Notes: a model not told the origin generated them from the sequence alone. Counted from the stretch's first letter, positions 53,250 through 64,000 are shown. The stretch is DNA of 64,000 nucleotides from an uncultured Acidimicrobiales bacterium (GCA_937922785.1 CALAJQ010000006.1:122156-186155); one strand, 5' to 3'. Translations and numbers: made by a program.

Positions 53250-53747
53250 ATGCCAATGTGTATCGACCCTGCGAAGCGTTACAGCGCAACGATGGAGACC
53301 AGTTTGGGAACCATCGTGATCGCCCTCAACGCAGCTGCTGCGCCCAACACGGTTAACAACTTCGTAAGCCTTGCGCGCTATCACTACTACGACGGCCTGG
53401 TCTTCCACCGCATTATTCAGGGCTTCATGTGCCAGGGCGGATGTCCAGAAGGTTCTGGCCGAGGCGGGCCCGGGTACCGATTCGACGACGAGCTTCCCAA
53501 AGCCGGTCAGTATGAGTTGGGTTCTGTGGCTATGGCAAATGCCGGTCCAAACACCAACGGATCACAGTTCTTCATCATCAGCGGTCCTAGCGGTGTTGGT
53601 TTGCCACCGGCCTATGCGCTCTTTGGCAAGGTTGTCTCGGGTCTAGATGTAGTAAACAGCATGGAAAAGGTTCCGACCGGCGGCGGAGATCGTCCGACCA
53701 CTGACGTGGTCATCAACTCAGTAACCATCGCTGAACACCAAGACTAA
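53250..53747 (+). CDS. ppiB: Cyclophilin-type peptidyl-prolyl cis-trans isomerase
   Basis: HRIIQGFMCQGG...GSQFFI core. The start is placed at MPMCID (53250), because the track ORF start (53016) would overlap the divergent desaturase gene. Confidence 0.8.
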   Translation: MPMCIDPAKRYSATMETSLGTIVIALNAAAAPNTVNNFVSLARYHYYDGLVFHRIIQGFMCQGGCPEGSGRGGPGYRFDDELPKAGQYELGSVAMANAGPNTNGSQFFIISGPSGVGLPPAYALFGKVVSGLDVVNSMEKVPTGGGDRPTTDVVINSVTIAEHQD

Positions 53748-53780
53748 GCGTCGGCGGGGCCCACAACTTAGACTGGCCCC

Positions 53781-54752
53781 GTGGCTGAAATCCTCGACGT
53801 AGATCTGATTGCCTACGAGAAGGGCGGTGCTTCAGCGCGGGCCGCCGTTGTTGACGGGGTCATGAGAAGCCTGGAAACCGGGTTTGTTTACACCAGTCAC
53901 GACCTTGGCGAGGACATGTTGGATGAGGCCTACGCGATGTTGGCCCAGTTCTTCTCGATGCCGACCGAAGACAAGCTCCGGGCGATGGCTCCTGGCACTC
54001 ATGGCCAGACCGGCTATACGGGTTTGCTGGTAGAAACCGCCGCTAGTAGCGATGTGGCGGACTGGAAGGAAATGCTCAACTGGGGCCGCAACATAGCGGA
54101 GGGTCACCCTCTCAAGCGGAAGTACCCCCACCGCTACCCGCACCAAGTACTACCCGAAGAGCAGGTGCCTGGCATCTCGAAGGTGCTGAACAACTTCCAC
54201 GACAGACTTCTAGATCTGCAACGTCGCTTCCTTCGAATAATTGCAGTTGGCATTGGCTGTCACGAGACGTTCTTTGATCAGATGACGACAGACGGCACAA
54301 CAATTACCAGAGCAATCCACTACCCAGCAATGGAACTGGCCCCTGGTGCCGGACACGAATGGGCCTCCGCCCACGGAGACATCAACCTAATTACCGCACT
54401 TCCTAGGGCCACTAAGAAGGGTCTCATGGTTGAGACCAGCGACGGCTGGGTTGACGCAATTCCCCCAACCGGCCAGGCCATCATCAACACCGGAATCATG
54501 CTTGAGCACATAACAAATGGCCGCATTTCACAAGGTATTCATAAGGTGGTTGCCGACCCGGACGACCCCGGAGAACGCTACTCAGTAGTGCAGTTCTGCC
54601 ATCCGACCCCATGGACGATTCTTAGTCCTGTATCAAGTTGTGTTAACGAGGGAATACCTCAAAGGTTCGCCGGTGTTAGTGCTGGTGACCGTCTAGATCA
54701 GGTCCTCTATGAGATCAATCTGATCGAAGACGCCCGACGCTTAGAAAGCTGA
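53781..54752 (+). CDS. 2-oxoglutarate/Fe(II)-dependent dioxygenase (IPNS-like family)
   Basis: HxD...H facial triad (HYPAM...[10 protein letters not shown]...H). 323 aa. Confidence 0.7.
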   Translation: MAEILDVDLIAYEKGGASARAAVVDGVMRSLETGFVYTSHDLGEDMLDEAYAMLAQFFSMPTEDKLRAMAPGTHGQTGYTGLLVETAASSDVADWKEMLNWGRNIAEGHPLKRKYPHRYPHQVLPEEQVPGISKVLNNFHDRLLDLQRRFLRIIAVGIGCHETFFDQMTTDGTTITRAIHYPAMELAPGAGHEWASAHGDINLITALPRATKKGLMVETSDGWVDAIPPTGQAIINTGIMLEHITNGRISQGIHKVVADPDDPGERYSVVQFCHPTPWTILSPVSSCVNEGIPQRFAGVSAGDRLDQVLYEINLIEDARRLES

Positions 54753-54753
54753 G

Positions 54754-55170
54754 TTGATCAAAATGCCAGAGAAGACATTTGACGCCGAGGAGCTACGAAA
54801 GCGCCTCACACCAGAGCAATTCCACGTAACCCAGGAGGCCGGCACAGAGCGGGCCTTCACCGGAGAAACCTGGGACACAAAAGACCCCGGAACCTACCGT
54901 TGTATCGTTTGTGATGAGGCGCTGTTCTCATCAGACACCAAGTACGAAAGCGGTAGCGGATGGCCGAGCTTCTATGAGGCTTTGGACCCTGCCAAGGTCG
55001 AAATGCATACCGATTCCAGCCACGGAATGATCCGCACAGAAGCCACGTGTGCTACCTGTGGTGCGCACTTGGGTCACGTATTCCCTGATGGTCCACAGCC
55101 AACTGGAGACAGGTTCTGTATGAACTCTGCATCCCTGCGGCTAGACCGTGACGGAGCCGGCCAGAACTAG
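54754..55170 (+). CDS. msrB: Peptide-methionine (R)-S-oxide reductase
   Basis: Two CxxC zinc motifs (CIVCDEALF and [12 protein letters not shown]). The catalytic RxE region (SHGMIRTE) and the resolving Cys in GSGWPSF are also present. 138 aa. Confidence 0.9.
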   Translation: MIKMPEKTFDAEELRKRLTPEQFHVTQEAGTERAFTGETWDTKDPGTYRCIVCDEALFSSDTKYESGSGWPSFYEALDPAKVEMHTDSSHGMIRTEATCATCGAHLGHVFPDGPQPTGDRFCMNSASLRLDRDGAGQN

Positions 55171-55205
55171 CAGCTCCCAAGCAGAATTTGGCGGTGGCCG
55201 GGCTT

Positions 55206-58200
55206 CTACAGCTCGGCCATCAGCGCGTTTATGCGCTCTTCGCTTACTTTGGTTTTGGTCTTGAGTTCTTGGGCGAAGGATGCGATTCGAAACTCTTCTA
55301 GCAACCAGTTGAGATCTTCCAGCGCACGCGACGGCGACAGCGTGTCGACGAACTCATCAAGTTGTGCTTCCAGCCTCTGGCACTTGCGCATTCGCTGGGT
55401 GTCCCGGTTGGTCTTGCCGCCCATCTTGTCGACCCGAATCCGAATCCCTTTGAGGTAGCGAACGATGTCTGCCAGCCTGTGGGCTCCGACTGCCGCCAAG
55501 TGGCCGGGATAGACCAAGCGATTCAGCTGGGCGATCATGTCTTTGTAAGCGGGGTGGAGTGATGTTGGCACGGCCCGGCCTAGATCACTTCGCAGGCCTT
55601 GGGCTAACTTGAGTATTTCGATTGCTTGAGAGCCATATGTTGCCACGGCGGCGGGAAGACCAGATCGGACTTTGGCCGCCAACGCGTTCCAGTCGGCTTG
55701 GTTCCAAACCAACCCACCGCAATCATCAAGTAGCTGGGCAAAGATGGCGTCGGAAGCATCGTTCACCCATTCCAACTTCGAGCCTTGGGGGCTGGTGGCC
55801 AGCGCCAAAGTTGCTTCGTCGTCGAAGAGGTCGTTCAACATCCGGGCCGACCCGCCAATGTTCATGCGAAGTAGGCGTGTAGTTCCCGCCCACATCGATT
55901 GGTACTGAGCGTTCTTGTCAGCAAGAAGCTGTACCCCAACGGTCTTGCCTTCATCCACTAGCGCAGGGAAAGCGTCGACCTTCTGCCCGGCCGCAGTCGT
56001 GGGAACTGTTCTAGGCAGCGTTCCGAAGGTCCAGTCTCTTTGGCCTGTGCTTAGCAGATCGTGTTCGGTTTCAGCCAGGACGTCACGGACCTCACCAGCA
56101 AGCTGGGTTCGAATCTCGCCGATGTTTCTGTTCCGGGCCAGCACATCTCCAGACTCGGAGACAACTTGAAATATCGGCCGCAGATGGGGCGGCAACCGAT
56201 CGAGTACAAGGGCGTCGGCTGGAATCGGTTTGCCGCCATAGTTCCGAAGTTCACGCCGGACCGCTTCCACCAGTCGTCCCTTGCCTTCGGCCAGACCAGG
56301 CAGAATTGCCGCGACTGTTTGGGGGATTGGCAAGAACGTCTTACGGAGAGCCTTTGGCATCGAGCGAAGCAGCGCGGTCACGATCTCTTCGCGCAAACCG
56401 GGCACGTTCCATTCAAAGTCTGTTGGATCGACGTGATCTAACAGTGCGACCGGCACGATTACAGTGACCCCGTCGTTCGCTGATCCAGTGGCGAATTCAT
56501 AGTCGACTTCCAGCTCAAGCTCACCGGCCTCCCAAACTTCTGGGAACGACTCGTCTTCGAACTCAAGAACCGCGGGGTCGATCAGGTCGTCGAGCTTCAG
56601 ATCCAGTAGCCGTGGTTCTTTCTTGCGGCGTTTGTTCCACCACTTGTCAAAGTCGGTGCCCGAGGTGACGTTTCCTCCGATGTGAGTGTCGTAGAACTTG
56701 AAGAGCACCTCGTACTCAACAACCAAATCTCGTCGCTGACGCTGACCCATGCGGCGGATCTCGCCCAGTACGCCTTCATTCTGGCTGAAGAACGCGTGGT
56801 GAGTTTCCCACTCGCCTTCAATTAGTGCGTTGTGAATGAACAGTTCGCGAGCCACCTCAGGGTCGACGTTGCGGTAGTGGATCCGTCTTCCGGCAACGAG
56901 GGGAACCCCGTAGAGGCTTGCCCTCTCAACACACATCGCCGATCCTCGCTCGGCATCCCAGTAGGGCTCGTCGTAACTCCGTTTGATTACGTGCTCGCCG
57001 GCTTGTTCAACCCAGTCGGGATTGATGCGGGCCCCGCTGTGGGCCCACAGGCGGTTCGTTTCAATTAGCTCACCGGCCATAACCCAGTTGGGTGGTTTCT
57101 TGGCTAGTACCGAGGACCGGCCAAATATGAACCGGGCTTGGCGACCACCTGTGAACTCGTTTGAGGAAGTGTCTTTAAGGCCAATTTGAGATAGCAGGCC
57201 AGTTAACAATGATCGATGCACCGTATCTGCGTGGGCTTGTTTGGTGTTGATGGTCCAGTGGAGCTGTTTAGCCGTGCGTTCTAACTGGCGCACGATGTCC
57301 CACCACTCCCGGATGCGGTTGTAGTTGAGAAACTCCCGCCTGCACATTTTGCGGAATTGGTTGTTCGACAGAGCTTGCCGCTCGTCTTCGATGTACTCCC
57401 ACAGGTTCAGCCACGCCAAAAAGTCCGAGCCGGGCTCGTTAAAGCGAGCATGAAGTTGGCCGGCCTCTTCCCGTTTTTCTCTAGGTCTTTCCCGCGGATC
57501 TTGAACTGTCATGGCAGCGGTGATGACCATCACTTCATGTAGGCAACCATTGTCAGCCGCGTCGATGACCATCCTCGCAAAGCGGGGGTCGATCGGCAGC
57601 CGTGCCACCTGCTTACCTATTGGAGTGAGCCATCTCTTGGTGTCGACATACTCGGGCTGAACCGCGTCTAGTTCCTCTAGTAGCGCAATGCCATCGCGAA
57701 TGTTGCGCAACTCCGGAGGATCTACGAAGGGGAACTGCTCGATGTTGCCCAGTCCTAGAGAGGCCATCTGCAGGATGACCGAAGCCAGGTTTGTTCGGGT
57801 TATCTCGGGTTCTGTGAACTCTGGTCTGTCGTTGTAGTTGTCTTCGGTGTAGAGCCGAATGGCGATTCCTGGCGCGACCCGACCGCAACGACCAGAGCGT
57901 TGGTTTGCGCTGGCCTGGGAGACGTCTTCAATGGGAAGGCGTTGCACTTTGGTTTTGTTTGAGTAGCGGCTGATACGAGCCGTGCCAGCATCAACCACAT
58001 AGCGAATGCCCGGGACTGTAAGGGAGGTCTCGGCAACGTTGGTGGCCACCACGATGCGCCGGTTGCCACCCTTCTTGCGGTCAAAGACTCTGTGTTGCTC
58101 TGCGGCGGACAGTCGGCCAAAGAGCGGCACAACTTCGGTGTTTCGCAACCGAGCCTCGCCTAAAGCGTCGGTGGCTTCGCGAATTTCGCGCTCGCCACTA

Positions 58201-58886
58201 CAGAAAACCAGCACGTCACCGTTGCCTTCAAGTTCTAGCTCATTCACCGCATCAACGATTCCTTCGGTCTGGCTGATTGCGGACTCGGTGGCCGGATCGA
58301 TCAGAGGTCGATAACGAACTTCTACAGGGAAGGTTCGACCTGAGACTTCGATGATTGGGGCGTCGTTGAAGTGTTGGGAAAACCGGTCGGTGTCGATTGT
58401 GGCCGAGGTGATGATGACCTTGAGGTCAGGACGGCGGGGGAGGATCTGATGGATGTAGCCAAGCAGGAAGTCAATATTGAGGCTGCGCTCGTGGGCCTCA
58501 TCGATTATCAAAGTCGAGTACTTCTTTAACAGCCGGTCGTGCTGCATCTCGGCAAGAAGAATGCCATCGGTCATTGCCTTGATTGCAGTCTTGTTTGAGA
58601 CCTTGTCAGTAAAGCGAACCTTGTAGCCGACGATGCCGCCAACTTCATCGTCTAACTCTTCGGCAACGCGTTCGGCGATTGATCGTGCTGCGATGCGGCG
58701 CGGCTGGGTGTGGCCGATCCAGCCTTGTTCGTGAAGGTCAAGATCCAAACACATCTTTGGTAGCTGGGTGCTCTTGCCCGACCCGGTCTCACCGGCAACG
58801 ACGATGACCTGGTTGTCCCTGATCGCGGCGAGAAGCTCTTCCTTGCGCTCTGCGATCGGAAGATCGGGCGGATAGGTAACTTTCAC
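55206..58886 (-). CDS. hrpA: ATP-dependent RNA helicase HrpA (DEAH-box)
   Basis: GETGSGKST Walker A, DEAH box (IIDEAHERS), HA2 and OB domains, and a long C-terminal region. 1226 aa. Confidence 0.9.
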   Translation of the reverse strand: MKVTYPPDLPIAERKEELLAAIRDNQVIVVAGETGSGKSTQLPKMCLDLDLHEQGWIGHTQPRRIAARSIAERVAEELDDEVGGIVGYKVRFTDKVSNKTAIKAMTDGILLAEMQHDRLLKKYSTLIIDEAHERSLNIDFLLGYIHQILPRRPDLKVIITSATIDTDRFSQHFNDAPIIEVSGRTFPVEVRYRPLIDPATESAISQTEGIVDAVNELELEGNGDVLVFCSGEREIREATDALGEARLRNTEVVPLFGRLSAAEQHRVFDRKKGGNRRIVVATNVAETSLTVPGIRYVVDAGTARISRYSNKTKVQRLPIEDVSQASANQRSGRCGRVAPGIAIRLYTEDNYNDRPEFTEPEITRTNLASVILQMASLGLGNIEQFPFVDPPELRNIRDGIALLEELDAVQPEYVDTKRWLTPIGKQVARLPIDPRFARMVIDAADNGCLHEVMVITAAMTVQDPRERPREKREEAGQLHARFNEPGSDFLAWLNLWEYIEDERQALSNNQFRKMCRREFLNYNRIREWWDIVRQLERTAKQLHWTINTKQAHADTVHRSLLTGLLSQIGLKDTSSNEFTGGRQARFIFGRSSVLAKKPPNWVMAGELIETNRLWAHSGARINPDWVEQAGEHVIKRSYDEPYWDAERGSAMCVERASLYGVPLVAGRRIHYRNVDPEVARELFIHNALIEGEWETHHAFFSQNEGVLGEIRRMGQRQRRDLVVEYEVLFKFYDTHIGGNVTSGTDFDKWWNKRRKKEPRLLDLKLDDLIDPAVLEFEDESFPEVWEAGELELEVDYEFATGSANDGVTVIVPVALLDHVDPTDFEWNVPGLREEIVTALLRSMPKALRKTFLPIPQTVAAILPGLAEGKGRLVEAVRRELRNYGGKPIPADALVLDRLPPHLRPIFQVVSESGDVLARNRNIGEIRTQLAGEVRDVLAETEHDLLSTGQRDWTFGTLPRTVPTTAAGQKVDAFPALVDEGKTVGVQLLADKNAQYQSMWAGTTRLLRMNIGGSARMLNDLFDDEATLALATSPQGSKLEWVNDASDAIFAQLLDDCGGLVWNQADWNALAAKVRSGLPAAVATYGSQAIEILKLAQGLRSDLGRAVPTSLHPAYKDMIAQLNRLVYPGHLAAVGAHRLADIVRYLKGIRIRVDKMGGKTNRDTQRMRKCQRLEAQLDEFVDTLSPSRALEDLNWLLEEFRIASFAQELKTKTKVSEERINALMAEL

Positions 58887-58890
58887 GTTG

Positions 58891-59301
58891 CTATCGAGGG
58901 CGGTGTTCAGTGCCCTGGCCAGCGGTCACAAAAAGAACAGTTGTGGGTTCGCTGGCGTCGGCCGTGTGCCAGTAGCCAGGGGGATTGATTGCGTAGCTAC
59001 CCGCCGCAACGGTCACTTGGCTTACCTCGCCATCGGGTGATTCTTGAGTGAGGACCAGCTCGCCAGCGGTGACCAGAACTAGTTCAGAACCAACGGGATG
59101 CATCTCCCAAACATCCCAGGGTTCGGTGAACGTAGCCATTTGAATAAGCCGGCCCTCGATGCCATCAGCAGCAGCGCGAGTCGCGTAGTCCTCATACCAT
59201 TGTGCTCCGGTGAATGGCGGCTGGGGAATTGTTGTTGCGCCCAAGCCCAAGTGGACCATTTGGTCAGCAATCGCGAACGGTCCGACTTCGTTGGTGTCCA
59301 T
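58891..59301 (-). CDS. Cupin-domain protein
   Basis: Small beta-barrel cupin_2-like signature. 136 aa. Confidence 0.6.
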   Translation of the reverse strand: MDTNEVGPFAIADQMVHLGLGATTIPQPPFTGAQWYEDYATRAAADGIEGRLIQMATFTEPWDVWEMHPVGSELVLVTAGELVLTQESPDGEVSQVTVAAGSYAINPPGYWHTADASEPTTVLFVTAGQGTEHRPR

Positions 59302-59354
59302 GAGACCAATGTACTACCTGGTCCCCGGTGGCGTCCGGGCGTTAACTAGCGGCG

Positions 59355-60482
59355 CTAGGCCAGCTCTGCGAGCACGAAGTCGATGCACTTTGTGAGCGCT
59401 TCGATATCGGACGGATCGATTGCAGGGAAAAGAGCGATGCGAACTTGGTTGCGACCGAGTTTGCGGTAACCCTCGGTGTCAAGAATGCCGTTGGCTCGAA
59501 GGACCTTGCTGAGCACATCAGCACTGATCGAATCGTCGAAGTCGATGGTGGCAACGACGTTCGAGCGATCTTCGGCCTTTGTGACGAAAGGGGTGGCTAG
59601 CGCGGAAGCGTCGGCCCAGGAGTAGATCGTCTGGGCTGATTCTTCGCTACGGCCTGCAGCGAAGTCGATTCCGCCGTTTTGGTTGAACCATTCGACTTGG
59701 CTGACTGCCATATGAATAGTGGCCAGTGCGGGTGTGTTATAGGTCTGGTTCTTTGTGGAGTTGTCGAGTGCGGTCTTGAGGTTCAGGGCCGGCGGGCACC
59801 AGCGGTAACCCGAGGCCAGCTCTTTAATGCGGTCTTGGGCCGCTGGCGAACAAGCTGCAATATAGAGACCGCCATCGGATGCGAAGGCTTTCTGTGGAGC
59901 GAAGTAATAACAGTCGACCTCGGCAGGGTCCCAGCGAAGGCCGCCGGCGGCAGAGGTGGCGTCAACCGCCACCAATCCGTCGGATCCTGCGGGGCGCTTG
60001 ATCTCCATTGACACGCCGGTGGTTGTTTCGTTGTGGGTCAACGCATACAGGTCAATGCCGTCGGTTGTTACAGCTTCGGGCTTTGTGCCTAGCTCAGATT
60101 CAATGACCATTGGGTCGGCCAGGAAGGGTGCAGAAGAAACTGCAGAAGCGAACTTTCCAGAGAACTCTCCGAAGCTCAGGTGTTGGCTGCGGTTACGAAT
60201 CAGGCCGAACGTCGCGCAGTCCCAGAACATTGTGGTGCCGCCGTTGCCCAGCACGATTTCCCAGTCATCTGGTAGGCCGAAGAAGTCCGACATCCCCTCC
60301 CGCAAGCGACCGACTACGTTTTTGACTGTGGGCTGGCGGTGGGAGGTTCCGAGGTAGTCGTCGGCTATTTCTGCCAACGCAGCGACGGCCTCGGGCCTTA
60401 CTTTGGATGGACCTGATCCGAAGCGGCCATCAGCCGGCAGAAGTTCAGCTGGAATCGTAATTTCAGGAGTCGTTTCGCTCAT
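59355..60482 (-). CDS. serC: Phosphoserine aminotransferase (actinobacterial type)
   Basis: Strong block-wise identity to mycobacterial SerC (DGRFGSGPSKVR..., YYFAPQKAFASDGGL, NQTYNTPA, RKLGRNQVRIALFPA). The start is placed at MSETTPE. Confidence 0.9.
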   Translation of the reverse strand: MSETTPEITIPAELLPADGRFGSGPSKVRPEAVAALAEIADDYLGTSHRQPTVKNVVGRLREGMSDFFGLPDDWEIVLGNGGTTMFWDCATFGLIRNRSQHLSFGEFSGKFASAVSSAPFLADPMVIESELGTKPEAVTTDGIDLYALTHNETTTGVSMEIKRPAGSDGLVAVDATSAAGGLRWDPAEVDCYYFAPQKAFASDGGLYIAACSPAAQDRIKELASGYRWCPPALNLKTALDNSTKNQTYNTPALATIHMAVSQVEWFNQNGGIDFAAGRSEESAQTIYSWADASALATPFVTKAEDRSNVVATIDFDDSISADVLSKVLRANGILDTEGYRKLGRNQVRIALFPAIDPSDIEALTKCIDFVLAELA

Positions 60483-60589
60483 ACGCTGCAAGGATGTCAG
60501 GCATGAGCCGGCGATGCCACGGTCTATCGGTTCTTTCTTGAACAAATCTTTCTAAATCAGTCTTCTATCTACCCACGGAGTGCCCAAAA

Positions 60590-61786
60590 ATGTCAGATCG
60601 AGTCTCAGATCGGGTTGCTGCTATAGCCCCATCGGCCACCCTCGCAGTCACCGCTAAGGCCAAGGCTCTTAAGGCGGCCGGCCAACCCGTGATTGGTTTC
60701 GGCGCCGGTGAGCCAGACTTTCCGACTCCCGATTACATCGTGGAGGCAGCGATAGCAGCTTGCAGCGTGCAGAAGTATCACGGTTACACCCCTGCAGCCG
60801 GTCTGCCCGAATTGCGTGAGGCCATAGCCATAAAGACCAAGAGGGACTCTGGCTACGAAGTTGACCCGTCTCAGGTAGTTGTGACCAACGGTGGCAAACA
60901 CGCCGTCTACAACGCCTTCGCTGGCATTGTTGATGACGGCGATGAGGTGCTCATCCCTACTCCGTTCTGGACCACCTATCCCGAGCCTGTACGGCTTAAC
61001 GGCGGAGTGCCCGTATATGTCGAAAGCTCTATCGAGACAGCGTTCAAGGTCACCGTTGATCAGCTCGAAGCTGCCCGCACTGACAAGACCAAGGCGATGC
61101 TCTTCGTTTCCCCGTCGAACCCCTCAGGAGCGATCTATTCAAAGGAAGAGGTTCAAGCCATCGGCGAATGGGCCGTCAAGCACAACCTTTGGGTCTTGAC
61201 CGACGAGATCTATGAACATCTCGTCTACGACGATGCCGAGTTCCACTCCATGCCTACTCTTGTCCCTGAGTTGGCTGACCGCTGCATCGTGTTAAACGGA
61301 GTGGCCAAGACTTACGCAATGACCGGTTGGCGAGTGGGCTGGCTTATCGCCCCGCCAGACATGGCTAAGGGCCTCATTTCGTTGCAGTCCCACCAGACCT
61401 CAAACGTTAACAACGTGGCCCAGATGGCAGCGTTAGCCGCCGTGTCAGGTGACCTATCTGCGGTTCACATGATGAGAGAAGCCTTCAACCGCCGTCGTCT
61501 GACAATGTTTGAGATGTTGTCTGGCATCGATGGTGTGTCGTGTCTCAAGCCCGAAGGCGCCTTCTATGCATTCCCATCATTTGAGGGAATCATTGGCCGA
61601 ACCGTTGGTGGTAACAAGATTGAATCAACCCTTCAGTTGGCTGACGTCGCACTTGAACAGGCCAACATTGCATTTGTTCCTGGCGAGGCATTCGGTTCGC
61701 CAGGCTATGCCCGGTTCTCATATGCGCTAGGCGACGACGATCTCGGCGAAGGTCTTAACCGACTAGCTGAGCTGCTCGCCCCTTAA
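60590..61786 (+). CDS. Class I pyridoxal-phosphate aminotransferase (aspartate aminotransferase-like)
   Basis: [10 protein letters not shown] and the PLP Lys region ([16 protein letters not shown]). 398 aa. Confidence 0.8.
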   Translation: MSDRVSDRVAAIAPSATLAVTAKAKALKAAGQPVIGFGAGEPDFPTPDYIVEAAIAACSVQKYHGYTPAAGLPELREAIAIKTKRDSGYEVDPSQVVVTNGGKHAVYNAFAGIVDDGDEVLIPTPFWTTYPEPVRLNGGVPVYVESSIETAFKVTVDQLEAARTDKTKAMLFVSPSNPSGAIYSKEEVQAIGEWAVKHNLWVLTDEIYEHLVYDDAEFHSMPTLVPELADRCIVLNGVAKTYAMTGWRVGWLIAPPDMAKGLISLQSHQTSNVNNVAQMAALAAVSGDLSAVHMMREAFNRRRLTMFEMLSGIDGVSCLKPEGAFYAFPSFEGIIGRTVGGNKIESTLQLADVALEQANIAFVPGEAFGSPGYARFSYALGDDDLGEGLNRLAELLAP

Positions 61787-61789
61787 GCC

Positions 61790-63802
61790 ATGACGACCAA
61801 ACCATATGGCTCTTGGCCATCAGTAATCGACGCAGCTGCAACTGTGGCTGGAAGTGTGCGCCTCGGCGGTCCCGCAGTTCGAGGTAGTGAGATCTTCTGG
61901 AGTGAGTCGCGACCCGAAGAGGGCGGCCGAACGGTAGTTGTGCGCGGTGGAGCTGAGGGCCCAACCGACGTATTGCCCGATCCGTTTTCAGCTCGAAGTC
62001 AGGTACATGAGTACGGTGGAGGAGCTTGGTGGTTGGGCGAGAGCGACCTCTACTTTGTCAACTGGGACGACCAGCGCATCTACAGCCTTGACCTCAGCGG
62101 AGGTGGCAAACCCAAGTCGAAACCGAAACCAATAACCCCTGAACCTCCGTCGCCCAAGGCCTGGCGGTTTGCCGACGGTTGTGTCACTCCTGATGGCCAA
62201 CTCGTGATTTGTGTTCTTGAAGATCACACGGGTGAAGGCGAGGCAACTAACTCACTAGTGGCCGTGCCTCTGAAGGGGAAGGCTCGGTTCGACCCCGTCA
62301 CCGTTAGCAACCAAATCGATGAGAATCCGGCCGACTTTGTTTCCACTCCTCGAGTTTCACCCGACGGTCGTTGGCTTTCCTGGATTCGGTGGAACCATCC
62401 GAACATGCCTTGGGATTCAACCGAGCTATGTGTTGCCCCTCTTTGGGATGGAGGTCGGCTCGGGCAGATAACCGTTATCGCTGGAGGGAGTGTCCCCGAG
62501 GCAGTGCACGGTGCCAATTGGTTGGCCGATGGGTCGCTTGTGTACTCATCAGATGTGAACGGCTGGTGGAACCTCTACAAGTGGTCGCCACAAACTTCGG
62601 TCCCTGCTGCGGTAACCAAGCTCGACAACGCCGAAATTGGGGCGCCCTCATGGGGTTTTGGAACCCAGCGTTGGGTCGAGATAGGCGACACAGGTCGCCT
62701 TGCTGCGGCTCTAACTCACAAGGCCGCTGACCAGCTTGTTGTGGTGGAACCAGACGGAGCGGTTGGCGTCGTGCCCACAGAGTTCACCGGAATTGCCGGG
62801 CTTGGGGCCACCGACACCGACGCTGTAATGGTGGCCGCGGGCCCAACTACCTTGCCCGCAGTTGTTGGTGTCAGCGCTGACCTTGAGGCCGCTCACAGCT
62901 TCCACCGAGCGGCCCCAGACAGTGGGTTGGAGGCCGATGCCGTCTCCAAACCCGAGTCGATGCATTTCTTGGTGAACAACCGTCGCTCGCAATTGTTCTT
63001 CTACCCGCCAATGAACACCGAGGCATCTGGTCCCGAGGGTGAGCTTCCTCCGCTGATTGTTATTGGACACGGTGGACCGACCGCTCACTCAGAGCCAGTG
63101 CTTCATTTGAGAACCCAATTCTGGACAAGTCGAGGGTTTGCGGTTGCTGACGTTAACTACGGCGGATCAACCGGATTTGGCAAGGCCTACCGCAAGCTGC
63201 TGAACGATGCGTGGGGCATTGTTGATGTGCAGGACTGCATTGCCGCTGCCGAACACCTGGCCACAGAAGGTCTGGTCGATCCGAATCGGATGGCAATTCG
63301 TGGTAGCTCTGCCGGTGGTCTGACGGTTTTGAGGGCGCTGCAAACATCAAGTGTGTTCTCAGCCGGTGTAAGCCTGTACGGAGTTGCTGATCTGAAGGGC
63401 CTATTGGCAGAGACTCACAAGTTTGAAAGCCGCTATTTGGATGGACTCATCGGCAAGTACCCCGAGGATGAGGAGGTCTACGTGCATCGGTCACCGATTC
63501 ACTATGCAGCCGACATCGAGGCTCCGCTGTTAGTCATGCAGGGAGACGAAGACAAGGTCGTGCCACCTAGCCAAAGCGAGGCGATCGTCGCTGCGGTGGC
63601 AGCGAACGGTCTACCTCACGCGTACTTGGTGTTCGAAGGAGAACAACACGGGTTCCGCAAGACCGAAAGCCTGGTCAAGGCCCAAGAATCAGAGCTGTCT
63701 TTCTACGCCCAGGTGTTTGGATTTGAACCAGCCGATGAAATTCCCGCTATCGAGCTTGTAGGCCCCGCACCAGAGGTGACGGCTGGTGAATCAGCCGATT
63801 AG
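61790..63802 (+). CDS. S9-family serine peptidase (prolyl oligopeptidase/acylaminoacyl-peptidase-like), with an N-terminal beta-propeller
   Basis: Catalytic Ser motif IRGSSAGGL, with downstream Asp and His (MQGDEDKVV, EGEQHGF). 670 aa. Confidence 0.8.
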   Translation: MTTKPYGSWPSVIDAAATVAGSVRLGGPAVRGSEIFWSESRPEEGGRTVVVRGGAEGPTDVLPDPFSARSQVHEYGGGAWWLGESDLYFVNWDDQRIYSLDLSGGGKPKSKPKPITPEPPSPKAWRFADGCVTPDGQLVICVLEDHTGEGEATNSLVAVPLKGKARFDPVTVSNQIDENPADFVSTPRVSPDGRWLSWIRWNHPNMPWDSTELCVAPLWDGGRLGQITVIAGGSVPEAVHGANWLADGSLVYSSDVNGWWNLYKWSPQTSVPAAVTKLDNAEIGAPSWGFGTQRWVEIGDTGRLAAALTHKAADQLVVVEPDGAVGVVPTEFTGIAGLGATDTDAVMVAAGPTTLPAVVGVSADLEAAHSFHRAAPDSGLEADAVSKPESMHFLVNNRRSQLFFYPPMNTEASGPEGELPPLIVIGHGGPTAHSEPVLHLRTQFWTSRGFAVADVNYGGSTGFGKAYRKLLNDAWGIVDVQDCIAAAEHLATEGLVDPNRMAIRGSSAGGLTVLRALQTSSVFSAGVSLYGVADLKGLLAETHKFESRYLDGLIGKYPEDEEVYVHRSPIHYAADIEAPLLVMQGDEDKVVPPSQSEAIVAAVAANGLPHAYLVFEGEQHGFRKTESLVKAQESELSFYAQVFGFEPADEIPAIELVGPAPEVTAGESAD

Positions 63803-64000
63803 TCCGCGAATTTGTTCAAGGTCAGGCCCGAAGCCGGTGCCTTTGACTTGACCGTCCGCACCGATGATCACTGTGCTGGAGTTTCGAGAAACGCCGTAGT
63901 AGCGCCACGGGTCTGACTCGCCCCACAACATGGTGAAGCTGTCGGTTCCGGTGCTGGCCACAAAGTCTTCGGCCAGTGGATAGTTGTCGAAAGCGCCAAT
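63791..64000 (-). CDS. C-terminal fragment of a thioredoxin-fold (TlpA/ResA-like) protein. The gene continues beyond the window
   Basis: Reverse-strand translation '...YYGVSRNSSTVIIGADGQVKGTGFGPDLEQIRGLIG*' resembles the C-terminus of TlpA-family redoxins. It is convergent with the S9 peptidase gene and overlaps it by 12 bp. Confidence 0.4.
   Translation of the reverse strand: MGAFDNYPLAEDFVASTGTDSFTMLWGESDPWRYYGVSRNSSTVIIGADGQVKGTGFGPDLEQIRGLIG

Noticed and set aside
1-64000. A search for mobile-element hallmarks (integrase, transposase, tRNA integration site, phage structural genes) and for tRNA/rRNA.
   Set aside because: None recognised. The intergenic regions are short, the largest being 297 bp, and none has tRNA-like cloverleaf potential by eye. 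Any suggestion that the flotillin cassette is mobile rests only on the flanking repeats.

Overview
This is a high-GC, gene-dense chromosomal segment that looks actinobacterial. The main signs are a mycothiol-type formaldehyde-detoxification gene pair (mscR-fmh), an ilvBN operon with a leader-peptide attenuator, and a SerC that aligns closely with mycobacterial SerC. I call about 50 protein-coding genes. I found no rRNA, tRNA, CRISPR array, transposase or integrase.

Most of the content is housekeeping metabolism:
- malate synthase G, separated by about 6.5 kb from a glcDEF-type glycolate oxidase
- ilvBN
- two MetY-type sulfhydrylases
- SerC, AspC, Hpt, HrpA, MsrB and a cyclophilin
- two ABC transporter modules, one coupled to a HisKA_3/NarL two-component pair

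Two loci stand out and are the best candidates for an undescribed system:
1. A three-gene, translationally coupled operon on the minus strand at 26137-33729. It encodes an NfeD-like OB-fold membrane protein, a 649-aa flotillin (SPFH/band-7) protein, and a 1630-aa protein whose C-terminus is a MoxR/AAA_5-type AAA+ ATPase. The whole unit is bracketed by two near-identical 46-bp palindromic hairpin elements, and its promoter region contains a perfect 26-bp tandem duplication.
2. A 1326-aa three-transmembrane protein at 7639-11619 on the minus strand. It has a cytoplasmic HD-GYP c-di-GMP phosphodiesterase domain between TM2 and TM3, followed by a roughly 940-aa ectodomain: a Thr/Pro-rich linker, cadherin-like repeats, a TSP3-like motif and seven FG-GAP blades. 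It sits between glcB and glcDEF and splits the glycolate cluster.

Smaller observations:
- a classic ilvB leader peptide (MYTPADNILVVVT) with an attenuator
- a (TCCGTACA)x4 octamer microsatellite upstream of the second metY
- a second short palindromic repeat family after ilvN and hpt
- a biotin-carrier::carboxyltransferase fusion
- a Rieske::glutamate-synthase-domain fusion
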